Shown: positions 48,050 through 58,280, counted from the stretch's first letter. The stretch is DNA of 64,000 nucleotides from a candidate division TM6 bacterium GW2011_GWF2_37_49 (GCA_000989955.1 LBTE01000001.1:206615-270614), one strand, 5' to 3'. Notes: generated by a model not told the origin, from the letters alone. Made by a program: numbers and translations.

Positions 48050-51000
48050 TCTGCTCCTTACTTAGTTTAAGAAGATCAACCTGCAATCCTAAGCTTTGAA
48101 GTTCTTTTACAAATACATTGAATGACTCTGGTATTCCTGGTTCTGGAACCGCCTCGCCACGGACAACGGCTTCATACGTTTTTATTCGACCATTAATGTC
48201 ATCAGATTTTAATGTTAACATTTCTTGCAACGTGTAAGCCGCACCATATGCATACAATGCCCAAACTTCCATCTCTCCAAGACGTTGACCTCCAAATTGA
48301 GCTTTACCGCCAAGTGGCTGCTGTGTAATCAATGAATATGGACCAACAGACCTTGCATGAAGCTTATCATCAGCCAAGTGATTAAGCTTCATCATATAAA
48401 TGCTGCCAACCATTACAGGTTGCATAAAAGCAGCTCCCGTACGACCATCAAACAACTGATATGCGCCAGATTCGGACATTCCCAAAGATTTTAGTAGAGG
48501 CTTAATTTCACTTTCATAATCAGCCCCAGCAAAAATTGGAGTCTTCATAGCAACGCCATTTTTAGCAGTATTTTGAGCAAGCTCATAAATACCATCTTTA
48601 CCATCAGCTTTTTCAAGATCTTCTATTAAATTTTTTCCATAATATTCAATCATGCGCGATTTTATATCAACAAATGCTAAATCATTAATTTCTTCTGAAA
48701 GATTTTTGCCGATTTTTTTACCAACAAAGCCAAGAACTGTTTCCAAAATTTGCCCTACATTCATACGACCGGGTACACCAAGTGGATTTAAAACGATATC
48801 AACAGGGGTTCCATCAGCTAAATAAGGCATATCTTCCGGATTAACGATACAAGAAACCACACCCTTATTTCCGTGCCTTCCTGCCATTTTATCACCAACA
48901 GAAACATGTCGTTTATTTGCAACATACACCTTAATCATTTTTATAACACCGGATGGAAGCTCATCACCTTTTCTAAGTTGATTAATTTTATCAATTTTTA
49001 ATGCAGCTAAAACATGTTGTTGATTTGAATACATTTCTTTCAATGTATTCAAATCAACATTAATCTCTTTATCCTGTACAATAAGATCGAAAAGCTGATC
49101 CACGTCCATATTATTAAGCTGAAAACTCTTTAATATTTCTTTTTTAGATCCATTAATAATGCTTACGCCAGAAAGCATTTCAATCAATTTTTCTTTAATA
49201 CCAACTCTTAAAACACCAACGTGATGCGCAAAATTATCTTCAATTCTCAATGTTTCAGATTGAACGATTTCTTTGTAACGTTTATCTTTTCTTATTCCAC
49301 TTCTAGAAAACACTTTTACATCAATAACCGTACCTTCAACTCCAGGCGGAACTCTCAATGATGTATCTCTAACTTCTCGAGATTTTTCACCAAAAATTGC
49401 ACGCAATAATTTTTCTTCTGGAGAAACTTGAACATCTCCCTTTAATGTAACTTTTCCTACAAGAATATCTCCAGGCTTGACCCTCGTGCCGATTCTTACA
49501 ACACCATCGTCATCTAACGCTTCCAATGTTTTTTCTGAAAGATTTGGAATGTCTCTAGTTATTTCTTCTGCGCCAAGCTTAGTTTCTCGAGCTTCAACTA
49601 TAAATTCCTCGACATGAACAGATGTAAACACATCATCAGCAACCATTTTCTTGCTTATAACTATAGCATCCTCAAAATTATATCCTTGCCATGGCATAAA
49701 AGCGACTAGAACGTCGTTTCCTAACGCAAGCTCTGCATTATAAGTTGCAGCACCTGATGCAATAACATCACCCTTATTTACAGTTTCACCAACCTTTACA
49801 ATTGGCTTATAATCAATCCAAGTATTATGACTCGAGCGACCAAATTTTTTAAGCGTATAAATTTCAACAGGCCTTGTAACTAAATCAGATGAATTTATCG
49901 TTTTAAAATCCACACGTATTATAATTTTATCTGCAGACACATAATCAACAACCCCTGAAGATCTAGATTTTATGACAGCTCCCTCTAAGGCTCCAACTTC
50001 TATTTCCATTCCAGTACCTATGAGTGGCGCCATACACTTTACAAGAGGAACTGCCTGTCGTTGCATGTTGGAACCCATAAGTGCACGGTTGGCATCATCA
50101 TGTTCAAGAAATGGAATCATGGCCGTTGGAACAGAAAACAACAAACGAGGAGATGCATCAATAAACGAAACATTTTCTTTATTAACAGTAATAATATTTC
50201 CGTTTTTTCTGGCAAAAACTTTAGTTTCTGACATTTGATTTTTATTATTTAATTTAACAGTAGATTGAGCTATAGTCTCACCAAGCTCCTGGAAGGCATC
50301 AAGATAAAGAACTTGATTTTGGACAACACCATCTAGAACCGGTCTATACGGTGTTTCAATAAAACCAAGGTCATTAACACGTGCATAAGTTGAAAGCGAC
50401 GAAATAAGACCAATATTTTGTCCTTCAGGTGTTTCGATTGGACAAATTCTACCATAATGAGACGGATGAACATCTCGAACCTCAAATGTCGCTCTTTCTC
50501 TTGTAATGCCACCAGGCCCAAGAGCTGAAAGTCTTCGCTTATGAGCCATTTCAGCCAATGGATTTGTTTGATCCATAAACTGAGACAACTGTCCTGTGCC
50601 AAAAAACTCACGTAAAACAGCCGCAAGAGGTTTAACATTCAAAAAATCATACGGCATCATAGCTGCATAATTTTCTTGTAGCCTAAAACGTTCTTTTACA
50701 ATTCTTTCTATTCTTGCAAAACCAACGTACATTTGTGATTGTAAAAGCTCTCCAACTAAACGAATTCCCCTATTTCCAAGATGATCAATATCGTCGATTT
50801 CACCTTCGCCTCGTTCCCTAAGTCCAATTAAATACTTTAATGTGGCAATAATATCTTCTTCTGTCAGATACGTAATACTCGAATCAATGGCAAGACCAAG
50901 CTTGCGATTAATTCTCGCTCTACCAACGATAGTTAAATCATAAAATCTTGAATTATAGAAAAGATTTGATATATACTCTTCCATAATTTTTAGAGTAGGA

Positions 51001-52352
51001 ATATCGCCAGGCTTTAATTTATTGTAAGCTTCCTTAAGAGCGTCTTCACGTGTTGTTATGTTATCGTGTAACAACGTTAAAGCCATTGTCGGCTGAACAA
51101 CATATCCATAAGATTTTATTACTTCAAAAGATTTAACACCTATAAAAATACTATCCAGCAATTCTTCTGTTATAAAAGAGCCTTGGCTCAACAAAATTTC
51201 ACCTGTTGACTTATCAATAACATCCTTGGCAACAACCTTGTTAATCAATGTGCTTTTTCTGATAGATAAATTTTTTACTCCACTTTTGAATAATTTATCT
51301 ATAACTTGCTTTGTTATTCTTTGTCCTACACTAAATTTTTTTTCAAGATCCTTTGGCAAAGAATCAGCCTCAAGGCGCTGTCCAATGAGATGATCATTAA
51401 CGGCCTTAAAAAACTTTCCAGACTTAACGTCTATTTCTTCAAAATCGTAAAACTTGGAAAGTATTGTATTTCTGTCAAAACCAAGAGCTTGCAAGAAGGT
51501 TGTAACCAAAATCTTTTTCTTTTTATCGATGCGAACATAAATAAGATCATTATGATCAAATTCTATATCAATCCATGAACCACGTGCTGGAATTACGCGA
51601 GCAAGTTGATATGGTTGTCCCCTAAAATCTTTATTTTTTCTGCTAGTTGTAAAAACAACACCAGGAGCTCGATGAATTTGACTAACAACAACTCGATCAA
51701 CACCATTAATTAAAAAAGTTCCCTGACTACCGAGTTTGAAAATATTTTCTTGATCCTCATATAAATCAACCATAACCGGTAAGTCACAAAAATAAACATC
51801 CTGCTCTTTGATATCGCGAACAATTTTCTTAGATGTTTCCGGATCAACATCCCAAGTCAATAATTGCATTTTAACTTTTAGAGGCAATGTATAAGTTTTT
51901 CCGCTATATCTGCACTCATCAACAGGTGAGCCAATTTTTATAGTTACACGCGAAAAACACTTTTTACAATGAATATATACAGCAGCATCCTTATTGCAAA
52001 AAGAACATTTATTTGTATTTTGCAGTAATCCAACGCCATTTTTTTTGCAAGACTTACATTGCCACTTATACCTGTTTTCAATTCCTGTTAACTGCCCGCA
52101 AATACAAGACCAGTCTCCAAGTTCATAATTTACATATTCCAAAGATATACGATTATCATGCTCAATTGGAAAAGTGTCCCTAAAAACTTTTTCTAAACCA
52201 ATATTCTTTCTTTCTGATGGCAAACAATCTAACTGTGCAAAATCGTTAAAAGATTTAGATTGAACTTCAATAAGATTGGGTAAATAAACAACCTCTTCAA
52301 TCTTACTAAACGACTTCCTGAATAAACCTTTACCTCTTCCATATTGAGACAT
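48039..52352 (-). CDS. rpoB: DNA-directed RNA polymerase subunit beta (with Cys-rich insertion)
   Basis: 1437 aa; conserved rpoB blocks throughout; ~70-aa insert with CxC/CxxC x4 near residue 80-150. Confidence 0.95.
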   Translation of the reverse strand: MSQYGRGKGLFRKSFSKIEEVVYLPNLIEVQSKSFNDFAQLDCLPSERKNIGLEKVFRDTFPIEHDNRISLEYVNYELGDWSCICGQLTGIENRYKWQCKSCKKNGVGLLQNTNKCSFCNKDAAVYIHCKKCFSRVTIKIGSPVDECRYSGKTYTLPLKVKMQLLTWDVDPETSKKIVRDIKEQDVYFCDLPVMVDLYEDQENIFKLGSQGTFLINGVDRVVVSQIHRAPGVVFTTSRKNKDFRGQPYQLARVIPARGSWIDIEFDHNDLIYVRIDKKKKILVTTFLQALGFDRNTILSKFYDFEEIDVKSGKFFKAVNDHLIGQRLEADSLPKDLEKKFSVGQRITKQVIDKLFKSGVKNLSIRKSTLINKVVAKDVIDKSTGEILLSQGSFITEELLDSIFIGVKSFEVIKSYGYVVQPTMALTLLHDNITTREDALKEAYNKLKPGDIPTLKIMEEYISNLFYNSRFYDLTIVGRARINRKLGLAIDSSITYLTEEDIIATLKYLIGLRERGEGEIDDIDHLGNRGIRLVGELLQSQMYVGFARIERIVKERFRLQENYAAMMPYDFLNVKPLAAVLREFFGTGQLSQFMDQTNPLAEMAHKRRLSALGPGGITRERATFEVRDVHPSHYGRICPIETPEGQNIGLISSLSTYARVNDLGFIETPYRPVLDGVVQNQVLYLDAFQELGETIAQSTVKLNNKNQMSETKVFARKNGNIITVNKENVSFIDASPRLLFSVPTAMIPFLEHDDANRALMGSNMQRQAVPLVKCMAPLIGTGMEIEVGALEGAVIKSRSSGVVDYVSADKIIIRVDFKTINSSDLVTRPVEIYTLKKFGRSSHNTWIDYKPIVKVGETVNKGDVIASGAATYNAELALGNDVLVAFMPWQGYNFEDAIVISKKMVADDVFTSVHVEEFIVEARETKLGAEEITRDIPNLSEKTLEALDDDGVVRIGTRVKPGDILVGKVTLKGDVQVSPEEKLLRAIFGEKSREVRDTSLRVPPGVEGTVIDVKVFSRSGIRKDKRYKEIVQSETLRIEDNFAHHVGVLRVGIKEKLIEMLSGVSIINGSKKEILKSFQLNNMDVDQLFDLIVQDKEINVDLNTLKEMYSNQQHVLAALKIDKINQLRKGDELPSGVIKMIKVYVANKRHVSVGDKMAGRHGNKGVVSCIVNPEDMPYLADGTPVDIVLNPLGVPGRMNVGQILETVLGFVGKKIGKNLSEEINDLAFVDIKSRMIEYYGKNLIEDLEKADGKDGIYELAQNTAKNGVAMKTPIFAGADYESEIKPLLKSLGMSESGAYQLFDGRTGAAFMQPVMVGSIYMMKLNHLADDKLHARSVGPYSLITQQPLGGKAQFGGQRLGEMEVWALYAYGAAYTLQEMLTLKSDDINGRIKTYEAVVRGEAVPEPGIPESFNVFVKELQSLGLQVDLLKLSKEQIGE

Positions 52353-52425
52353 TCAAACGCTCCTAACAAAAAGATTAGAAAATCTAACAGACCCCTAACA
52401 CACAGTTGAATAAAAGAACGAAACA

Positions 52426-52469
52426 GATTCCGTTTTAAGTCAAATAAACATCAAGCTTAAAACGGAATC
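52426..52469 (-). terminator. rplL-rpoB intergenic attenuator/terminator hairpin
   Basis: 11-bp inverted repeat gattccgtttt / aaaacggaatc with ~22-nt loop, followed on minus strand by T-rich run. Confidence 0.4.
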
Positions 52470-52508
52470 TATGCAACTTTAAAAAACAATGCACGCAATC
52501 AACTAAAA

Positions 52509-52883
52509 TTAAGACAACTCTACCCTTGCGCCAGCTTCTTCAAGCGTTTTCTTAATTTTTTGTGCATCTTCTTTTGTAGCAGCTTCTGCTACAACAAACG
52601 GCACATTTTCAACTGCCTCTTTTGCGGCACCTAAAGCAAGTGTCGTAACTGTTCTAAGCGCTTTTATTACTTTAATTTTATCTGAACCGGAATTATTAAG
52701 AGTTACTTTATATTCACTCTTTTCTTCTGCTTGAACAGAAACCGGAGCCGCCACAGAAGCAGCTACAACAGGAACAGCTGCCGTCACACCAAACTTATCT
52801 TCTAAGGCTTTTACAAGTTCGGCTAATTCCATAACAGATAATTTGCTTATATCTTCCACTATCTTTGTTAATGTTACTGACAT
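52509..52883 (-). CDS. rplL: 50S ribosomal protein L7/L12
   Basis: 124 aa; Ala-rich hinge, C-terminal KEAKD/LEEAGA motifs. Confidence 0.9.
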   Translation of the reverse strand: MSVTLTKIVEDISKLSVMELAELVKALEDKFGVTAAVPVVAASVAAPVSVQAEEKSEYKVTLNNSGSDKIKVIKALRTVTTLALGAAKEAVENVPFVVAEAATKEDAQKIKKTLEEAGARVELS

Positions 52884-53020
52884 GAAAACTCCCTTACTAA
52901 AATTTAATTATTATCGCCACTTTTATTTCGGTTAATATTTAAGACAAAAACTCAACAATTGAACTAGTCTATAAATCATTAATATATTATTAATATTACA
53001 CCAAAAATTAACTTTTTATT

Positions 53021-53512
53021 CTACAATTGTTGAGTTTTTTCTTTAACTGCACTCAAAACTCTAACTAACGCGGACATTGGAGCTTGAATTGTACCAATAA
53101 CCATAGATAAAAGCACATCTTTTGGTGGCAAAGATGCAATAGTATTAATTTCTGCCAAACTTAAAACTTTAGACTCAAATACCCCAGACAGAAGCTTTAA
53201 CGACTGGTTTTCTTTGGAAAAATCCACAATCTGTTTTGCAACAGAAAAAGCCTCATTTGGAGCAAAAATTAAACCAACCTGATCTTTTAAATTCAATTTA
53301 AAACCATCAATATTTACAACATCATTTGTTGCGATTTTCATCAATCTAGCTTTTGTTACTTTAAATTTTCCTCCGCACTTACGCAAATGCTTACGTAACG
53401 ACTGAAGATTGGAAACCGTCAACCCTCTATAATTCACCAAAAAAACAGCTTGTGACTTTGAAAATAAATCTTTAATTTCCGCCACAGCCATTTCTTTTTC
53501 ATGCCGATTCAT
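53021..53512 (-). CDS. rplJ: 50S ribosomal protein L10
   Basis: 163 aa, position between rplA and rplL. Confidence 0.85.
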   Translation of the reverse strand: MNRHEKEMAVAEIKDLFSKSQAVFLVNYRGLTVSNLQSLRKHLRKCGGKFKVTKARLMKIATNDVVNIDGFKLNLKDQVGLIFAPNEAFSVAKQIVDFSKENQSLKLLSGVFESKVLSLAEINTIASLPPKDVLLSMVIGTIQAPMSALVRVLSAVKEKTQQL

Positions 53513-53538
53513 TTTAGAATCCTCTCAAAACGCCATTG

Positions 53539-54237
53539 CTAATTTTCATCCGGATTAATACTTACACCAACACCCATAGTAGATGAAAGGGTAATTTTTT
53601 TAATAAATTTACCCTTTGACGTAGCCGGCTTTGCACCATGTAGCGATTTTACCAAAGCCATAAGATTTTCTTGTAATTTATCAACCCCAAAAGAAACCTT
53701 TCCGAATGGCGCATGCAAAACACCACCCTTATCATTTCTAAACGAAAGACGTCCCTTTTTCAAATCACCAACAATGTTCGCAACTTCAAAAGTGACTGTT
53801 CCAACTTTATTATTTGGTAGCAACCCACGAGGTCCCAGTATTTTCGCTACCTTTCCGACCAAACCCATTAAATCAGGAGTAGCTACAGCTACGTCAAAAT
53901 CCATCCAACCAGATTCAATCTTATTAATAAGATCTTCAACACCAACATAATCAGCTCCAGCTTTTTTGGCGGCAGCTTCATAGTCACCTTTTGCAAAAAC
54001 CAAAACTTTGATTTTTTTGCCAGTACCGTTAGGGAGAAGAACAGAACCTCTTACAGTCTGTTCACCCTTCGAAGCATCTATACCAAGAACAATGTCAGCA
54101 TCTACGGACTCATCAAATTTAGCAGTAGCGTTCTTGATTACAAAATCCAAAGCCGATTTCCAAGACGTTACACCTGTTTTGGACAATTTTTCTTCCGCCG
54201 CTTTATGTTTTTTCCCTGTATTACTCATGACAAACAT
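53539..54237 (-). CDS. rplA: 50S ribosomal protein L1
   Basis: FDESVD...RGSVLLPNGTGKKIKVLVFA matches L1; true start may be MSNTGKK (54228). Confidence 0.85.
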   Translation of the reverse strand: MFVMSNTGKKHKAAEEKLSKTGVTSWKSALDFVIKNATAKFDESVDADIVLGIDASKGEQTVRGSVLLPNGTGKKIKVLVFAKGDYEAAAKKAGADYVGVEDLINKIESGWMDFDVAVATPDLMGLVGKVAKILGPRGLLPNNKVGTVTFEVANIVGDLKKGRLSFRNDKGGVLHAPFGKVSFGVDKLQENLMALVKSLHGAKPATSKGKFIKKITLSSTMGVGVSINPDEN

Positions 54238-54300
54238 CCACTCCAGTTAAGTATTTCTATTTGCTTTACTGCACCCAAATTTGAGCAGGCACAATCAACA

Positions 54301-54726
54301 CTAATCAATAACCGTTAAGCCCATGCTGCTGGCACTACCTGCAACTATTTTTTTTGCAGCCTCAAGGTCAGATGCATTAAGATCAACTATTTTAATTTTC
54401 GCAATTTCTTCTATGGAGCTCCACTTAATTGTTCCAGCTTGATCTTTACCAGGATTACTAGATCCCTTTGAGACATTCGCCCTCTTTTTTAATAATTCCG
54501 AAACAGGCGAAGTTTTTAAGATAAAATCGAATGTTTTGTCTTTATAAATAGTAATCAAAACCGGAACCGTTTCCCCTTTTCTACTCGTAGTAGCAGCATT
54601 AAACTTTTTGCAGAAATCCATAATATTTACACCATGTTGTCCAAGAGAAGAACCAACTGGAGGTGCAGGAGTTGCAGCTCCAGCCTGCAATTGCAATTTT
54701 ACATTTGCTTTAATTTCTTTAGCCAT
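54301..54726 (-). CDS. rplK: 50S ribosomal protein L11
   Basis: MAKEIKANVKLQLQAGAATPAPPVGSSLGQHGVN matches L11. Confidence 0.9.
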   Translation of the reverse strand: MAKEIKANVKLQLQAGAATPAPPVGSSLGQHGVNIMDFCKKFNAATTSRKGETVPVLITIYKDKTFDFILKTSPVSELLKKRANVSKGSSNPGKDQAGTIKWSSIEEIAKIKIVDLNASDLEAAKKIVAGSASSMGLTVID

Positions 54727-55268
54727 TGAAAGCCTTTTCCTAACTTTTTAACTTGATCGAAACTTAATTCAACAGGGGTCAATCTACCAAAAATACTTAC
54801 CAGTATCGTAATTTTTTCACGATCTTCATCAACTTTATCAATCCCACCTACGAAACCAGAAAATGGACCGCTGACGATGTGAACTTCATTTCCCACTGCA
54901 AACATCGACTTTTCTTCTGAAACCGCAACTTTTCCTGACATTTGAGAGAATATACGATCCACCTCTTTATCAGACAAAGAAACCGGACTACCCCCACCAA
55001 GAAAACGCGTCACACGTGGACTCGACGAAACCAACCGAAAAGACTCTCCTGTCATTTCCATTTGAATCAAAAGATACCCTGGAAATATTTTTTCTTTTTT
55101 ATCTTTATTATCTGTAAAAAAGCTAACCAGCTCAACTGTTGGCACCAGTATTTGACCAAACAAATCCTGAAGACTTTCCTCGACAACTCTTTTATCTAGG
55201 TCAGCCTTAACTATATCCTCAAAACCTGTATATACTTGAACAACGTACCAACGCTTCATTGTAAACAT
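54699..55268 (-). CDS. nusG: transcription termination/antitermination factor NusG
   Basis: KRWYVVQVYTGFE N-terminus and KOW domain; 28-nt overlap with rplK. Confidence 0.85.
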   Translation of the reverse strand: MFTMKRWYVVQVYTGFEDIVKADLDKRVVEESLQDLFGQILVPTVELVSFFTDNKDKKEKIFPGYLLIQMEMTGESFRLVSSSPRVTRFLGGGSPVSLSDKEVDRIFSQMSGKVAVSEEKSMFAVGNEVHIVSGPFSGFVGGIDKVDEDREKITILVSIFGRLTPVELSFDQVKKLGKGFQWLKKLKQM

Positions 55269-55281
55269 CCGCCCAAATAAA

Positions 55282-55464
55282 CTAGCCGACCAACCGCTTC
55301 AAAAGCGCACTAAACATAGCATCCATGAAACCCAAAATCAACGCAAACACCAAAACAATTATACACACAATTATAGTGGTTCCAATCAATTCATCTTTTG
55401 TAGGCCAAGTAATTTTTTTTATCTCAGCTTTTACCTCACTTACAAATGTCACCATCTTATTCAT
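55282..55464 (-). CDS. secE: preprotein translocase subunit SecE
   Basis: 60 aa single-TM, V.E.KKITWPTK motif, position upstream of nusG. Confidence 0.8.
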   Translation of the reverse strand: MNKMVTFVSEVKAEIKKITWPTKDELIGTTIIVCIIVLVFALILGFMDAMFSALLKRLVG

Positions 55465-55487
55465 AAATAATCCTCAACGCCAACTAG

Positions 55488-55565
55488 CTGGCAGGCCAGG
55501 AGGGATTCGAACCCCCAACCCGCGGATTTGGAGTCCGCCGCTCTACCAATTAGAGCTACTGGCCT
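55488..55565 (-). tRNA. tRNA-Trp (anticodon CCA), CCA encoded
   Basis: Manual fold: AGGCCAGTAGCTCTAATTGGTAGAGC...CTCCAAA anticodon loop...GGTTCGAATCC; acceptor AGGCCAG/CTGGCCT. Confidence 0.8.
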
Positions 55566-55578
55566 AGACTCCTTTTAC

Positions 55579-55733
55579 TTAGTTTCTTTGTGGTCAGAAT
55601 GCTTACGGCACTTTGAACAATATTTACTCAGACCAAGCTTTCCATAAACTCGTTTCTTAGAAACACGCTTGCTGTAATTCTTCATCCCGCAACCCTTGCA
55701 TTCCAAATGAATAATCGTTCTATTCTTTGCCAT
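55579..55733 (-). CDS. rpmG: 50S ribosomal protein L33 (below ORF-track length cutoff)
   Basis: Translation MAKNRTIIHLECKGCGMKNYSKRVSKKRVYGKLGLSKYCSKCRKHSDHKETK; classic L33 with CxxC...CxxC. Confidence 0.8.
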
Positions 55734-55805
55734 CGCTGTGAACCCTATAAAACCTTAAATCTCAAACTATAAAACTCAACTTCAACAGATCCCCAAAACC
55801 AAGCT

Positions 55806-55881
55806 TTGGAGCCCGCGACCGGGCTTGAACCGGTGACCTCTCCCTTACCAAGGAAGTGCTCTACCAACTGAGCTACGTGGG
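55806..55881 (-). tRNA. tRNA-Thr (anticodon GGT), CCA encoded
   Basis: Manual fold: GCCCACGTAGCTCAGTTGGTAGAGC, anticodon loop TTGGTAA, T-arm ACCGGTTCAAGCCCGGT, 3' CGCGGGC-T-CCA (one A-C mismatch in acceptor). Confidence 0.7.
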
Positions 55882-55892
55882 CCTTTAAACCC

Positions 55893-55968
55893 ATGGAGCT
55901 GGCAACTGGACTCGAACCAGCGACCTGCTGATTACAAATCAGCTGCTCTACCAACTGAGCTACGCCAG
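55893..55968 (-). tRNA. tRNA-Thr (anticodon TGT), CCA encoded
   Basis: Manual fold: GCTGGCGTAGCTCAGTTGGTAGAGC, anticodon stem GCTGA/TCAGC loop TTTGTAA, T-arm GCTGGTTCGAGTCCAGT. Confidence 0.75.
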
Positions 55969-55977
55969 CACATCTTT

Positions 55978-56054
55978 TGGAGCGGGAAACGGGTCTCGAA
56001 CCCGCAACCTACAGCTTGGAAGGCTGTCGCTCTAGCCAATTGAGCTACTCCCGC
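55978..56054 (-). tRNA. tRNA-Gly (anticodon TCC), CCA encoded
   Basis: Manual fold: GCGGGAGTAGCTCAATTGGCTAGAGC, anticodon loop CTTCCAA, T-arm GCGGGTTCGAGACCCGT; coordinates +/-1. Confidence 0.75.
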
Positions 56055-56201
56055 ACTAAAACTATGTCAAAATAATTTTAAACTCTAAAAGTTTAAGCTC
56101 GGGCAAAATTATTATATCGCAATTTTGCTGTATATCAACCACTTTTTACACAACACTCTATGATGTTTACTCCAAGAACCGCCTCGTTTGCTCAAAACAA
56201 A

Positions 56202-56286
56202 TGGTGGGGAGAGTAGGATTTGAACCTACGAAGGCTTAGCCAACGGATTTACAGTCCGTCCCCTTTGACCGCTCGGGAATCTCCCC
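56202..56286 (-). tRNA. tRNA-Tyr (anticodon GTA), long variable arm, CCA encoded
   Basis: Manual fold: GGGGAGATTCCCGAGCGGTCAAAGGGG, anticodon loop CTGTAAA, variable arm TGGCTAAGCCTTC, T-arm GTAGGTTCAAATCCTAC. Confidence 0.8.
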
Positions 56287-56453
56287 ATGCCAAACCTATT
56301 TTCTCAAACTTCAATCATTTGTAAGTATTTACAAAAACTATAAATATGATAGTGACTTTGATAAAGTTTTCAACTTTTTTTTGCAAAAATTATTCACAAT
56401 TAAAGATTAGAGCATTCAAAACATCGCACAGATCTAATAGTTGAAGAATAAAA

Positions 56454-57335
56454 TTATTTTTTCACAAAAATAGCCAGCCAACGCCTTCGCCCATGCATGT
56501 CGTTATATATTTCAAAATTTTCATAATTTAAATCTTGTAGCAACGTTTCAATAAACCATTGCGCCGGCCCAATCTCAAGAACGATACTTGGAATATCGGA
56601 TGAATAAATATTTAAATATTTAGAAGCTTGCAACAATATTGTTTCATAAAACTTCATTCCAGCATCACCTGCAACAAGCGCATTTTTATCTTCCCAAAGC
56701 CGCACATCCGCATCTAAGCATACATACTCATCAGCTGATAAATACGGCGGATTGCTGACAATCAAATCACACGTAAAATTTTCAGGCAAATTTTCAAACA
56801 TGTCTGATTGTATAAATTCAATGTTATTCAATTGATTTTCAATTTTATTTAACTTACTAAGATTTATGGCGTGCTCAGAAATATCTATTCCAAAAACATG
56901 CGATTGATGGAATGCCTTTGCAACCGCAAGACCAATGCACCCGGAGCCGCAGCACAAATCCAGTACGGAAAAATTTTTTTTGCCCGCAACTTTTAGAACC
57001 GAAATCAGCCAACAAACCCATTCTTCAGTTTCTGGTCTAGGAATTAAGACAGGAGGCTCAATCAAAATATTCAAATCACAAAATGGAACATACCCCAATA
57101 TGTAGGACAGTGGCTTATTTTGAACAACTCTTTGATCAAGCAATAAAGCAAATTTATCGGCCTGTTCACAAGGAATCTTGGCATACTTATCCAACAACAA
57201 TTCTGACCGATTTTTCCCAGTAATATGTTGCAAAAGCCACCACGCTTCCTGCTCAGCCAACATTTTGTCGCCACACGTCAACAAAAGTTGCGAATATGCA
57301 TCTTTTAGCAACTCTGATATCATGCAATTTTTCAT
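56454..57335 (-). CDS. prmC: release-factor glutamine N5-methyltransferase PrmC/HemK
   Basis: VLDLCCGSGCIG motif I and NPPY motif IVSNPPYL. Confidence 0.8.
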   Translation of the reverse strand: MKNCMISELLKDAYSQLLLTCGDKMLAEQEAWWLLQHITGKNRSELLLDKYAKIPCEQADKFALLLDQRVVQNKPLSYILGYVPFCDLNILIEPPVLIPRPETEEWVCWLISVLKVAGKKNFSVLDLCCGSGCIGLAVAKAFHQSHVFGIDISEHAINLSKLNKIENQLNNIEFIQSDMFENLPENFTCDLIVSNPPYLSADEYVCLDADVRLWEDKNALVAGDAGMKFYETILLQASKYLNIYSSDIPSIVLEIGPAQWFIETLLQDLNYENFEIYNDMHGRRRWLAIFVKK

Positions 57336-57353
57336 ACTATTTCTCGCTCAAAG

Positions 57354-58280
57354 CTATTCGTATAATAACCCTTTTACGTACTCAACATCGTCAAAGCGCT
57401 TTAAATCCTGCAGCTGCTCGCCATAAGTTGTGTACAAAATAGGAATCTGCAGCTTCTGAACCACAGCAAAAACAATCCCGCCCTTTCCGGTCCCATCAAG
57501 CTTGGTTAACACCGTTCCATTCAATTTTACCGACTGCTCAAAAACCTCTGCCTGTCGCAAAGAATTCTGTCCAAGCATAGAATCGATTGTAAGCCAGGTA
57601 CTGATATCCTCGCCAGGAATTTGCCTTTCAATAATTTTACGAATTTTTTCAAGCTCTTTCATCAGATTTACTTTTGTTTGCAATCTGCCGGCTGTATCGA
57701 TGATTATGTGATCAAAATTTTCATCTTTAAATTTTTTGCAGGCATCAAAAATAACCGATGCTGGATCTTGATTTTCTTTACCCAAAAACACAGGAATATC
57801 TATCCGATTTGCCCACTCAGTCAGCTGTTGTGTCGCAGCTGCCCGAAACGTATCTCCGGCCACCAAAATAACCTTTTTGCCATCACTTTTAAGAAGGTTT
57901 GCATATTTTGCGCAAAAAGTTGTTTTGCCGCTACCGTTGACTCCAACCATCATCAACACTCGTGGAGCATGGTTAGTGGCGTTTGTAGACAACTGAACAA
58001 GCAACAGTCGCTCAAGCTCGATCTTAACCTCATCCATTGTTTTAATTTTTGCATCTTTGATATCGACTCTCAAACGGTCAATAATTTTGTTGGTAGTTTC
58101 AACGCCGGTATCTGCAGAAATAAGCAAAACTGACAACTCATGCAAAAACTGCTCATCAAGACTTTGCCTAGAAAAAATCGAGCTAACCTGCTGCGTAAAA
58201 ACATTATAAATTTTTTTAATTTTATCTTTTATAAAACCAAACATTTCAGCTCCATATTTTAACCGTTTTGCTTGTACCAC
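57354..58280 (-). CDS. ftsY: signal recognition particle receptor FtsY
   Basis: SRP GTPase motifs LMMVGVNGSGKTT, DTFRAAA, IIDTAGR, TKLDG; no M-domain. Confidence 0.85.
   Translation of the reverse strand: MVQAKRLKYGAEMFGFIKDKIKKIYNVFTQQVSSIFSRQSLDEQFLHELSVLLISADTGVETTNKIIDRLRVDIKDAKIKTMDEVKIELERLLLVQLSTNATNHAPRVLMMVGVNGSGKTTFCAKYANLLKSDGKKVILVAGDTFRAAATQQLTEWANRIDIPVFLGKENQDPASVIFDACKKFKDENFDHIIIDTAGRLQTKVNLMKELEKIRKIIERQIPGEDISTWLTIDSMLGQNSLRQAEVFEQSVKLNGTVLTKLDGTGKGGIVFAVVQKLQIPILYTTYGEQLQDLKRFDDVEYVKGLLYE

Noticed and set aside
55745-55954. 69-aa ORF on minus strand in six-frame track
   Set aside because: It is entirely overlapped by two tRNA-Thr genes and is a translation artefact of tRNA sequence.
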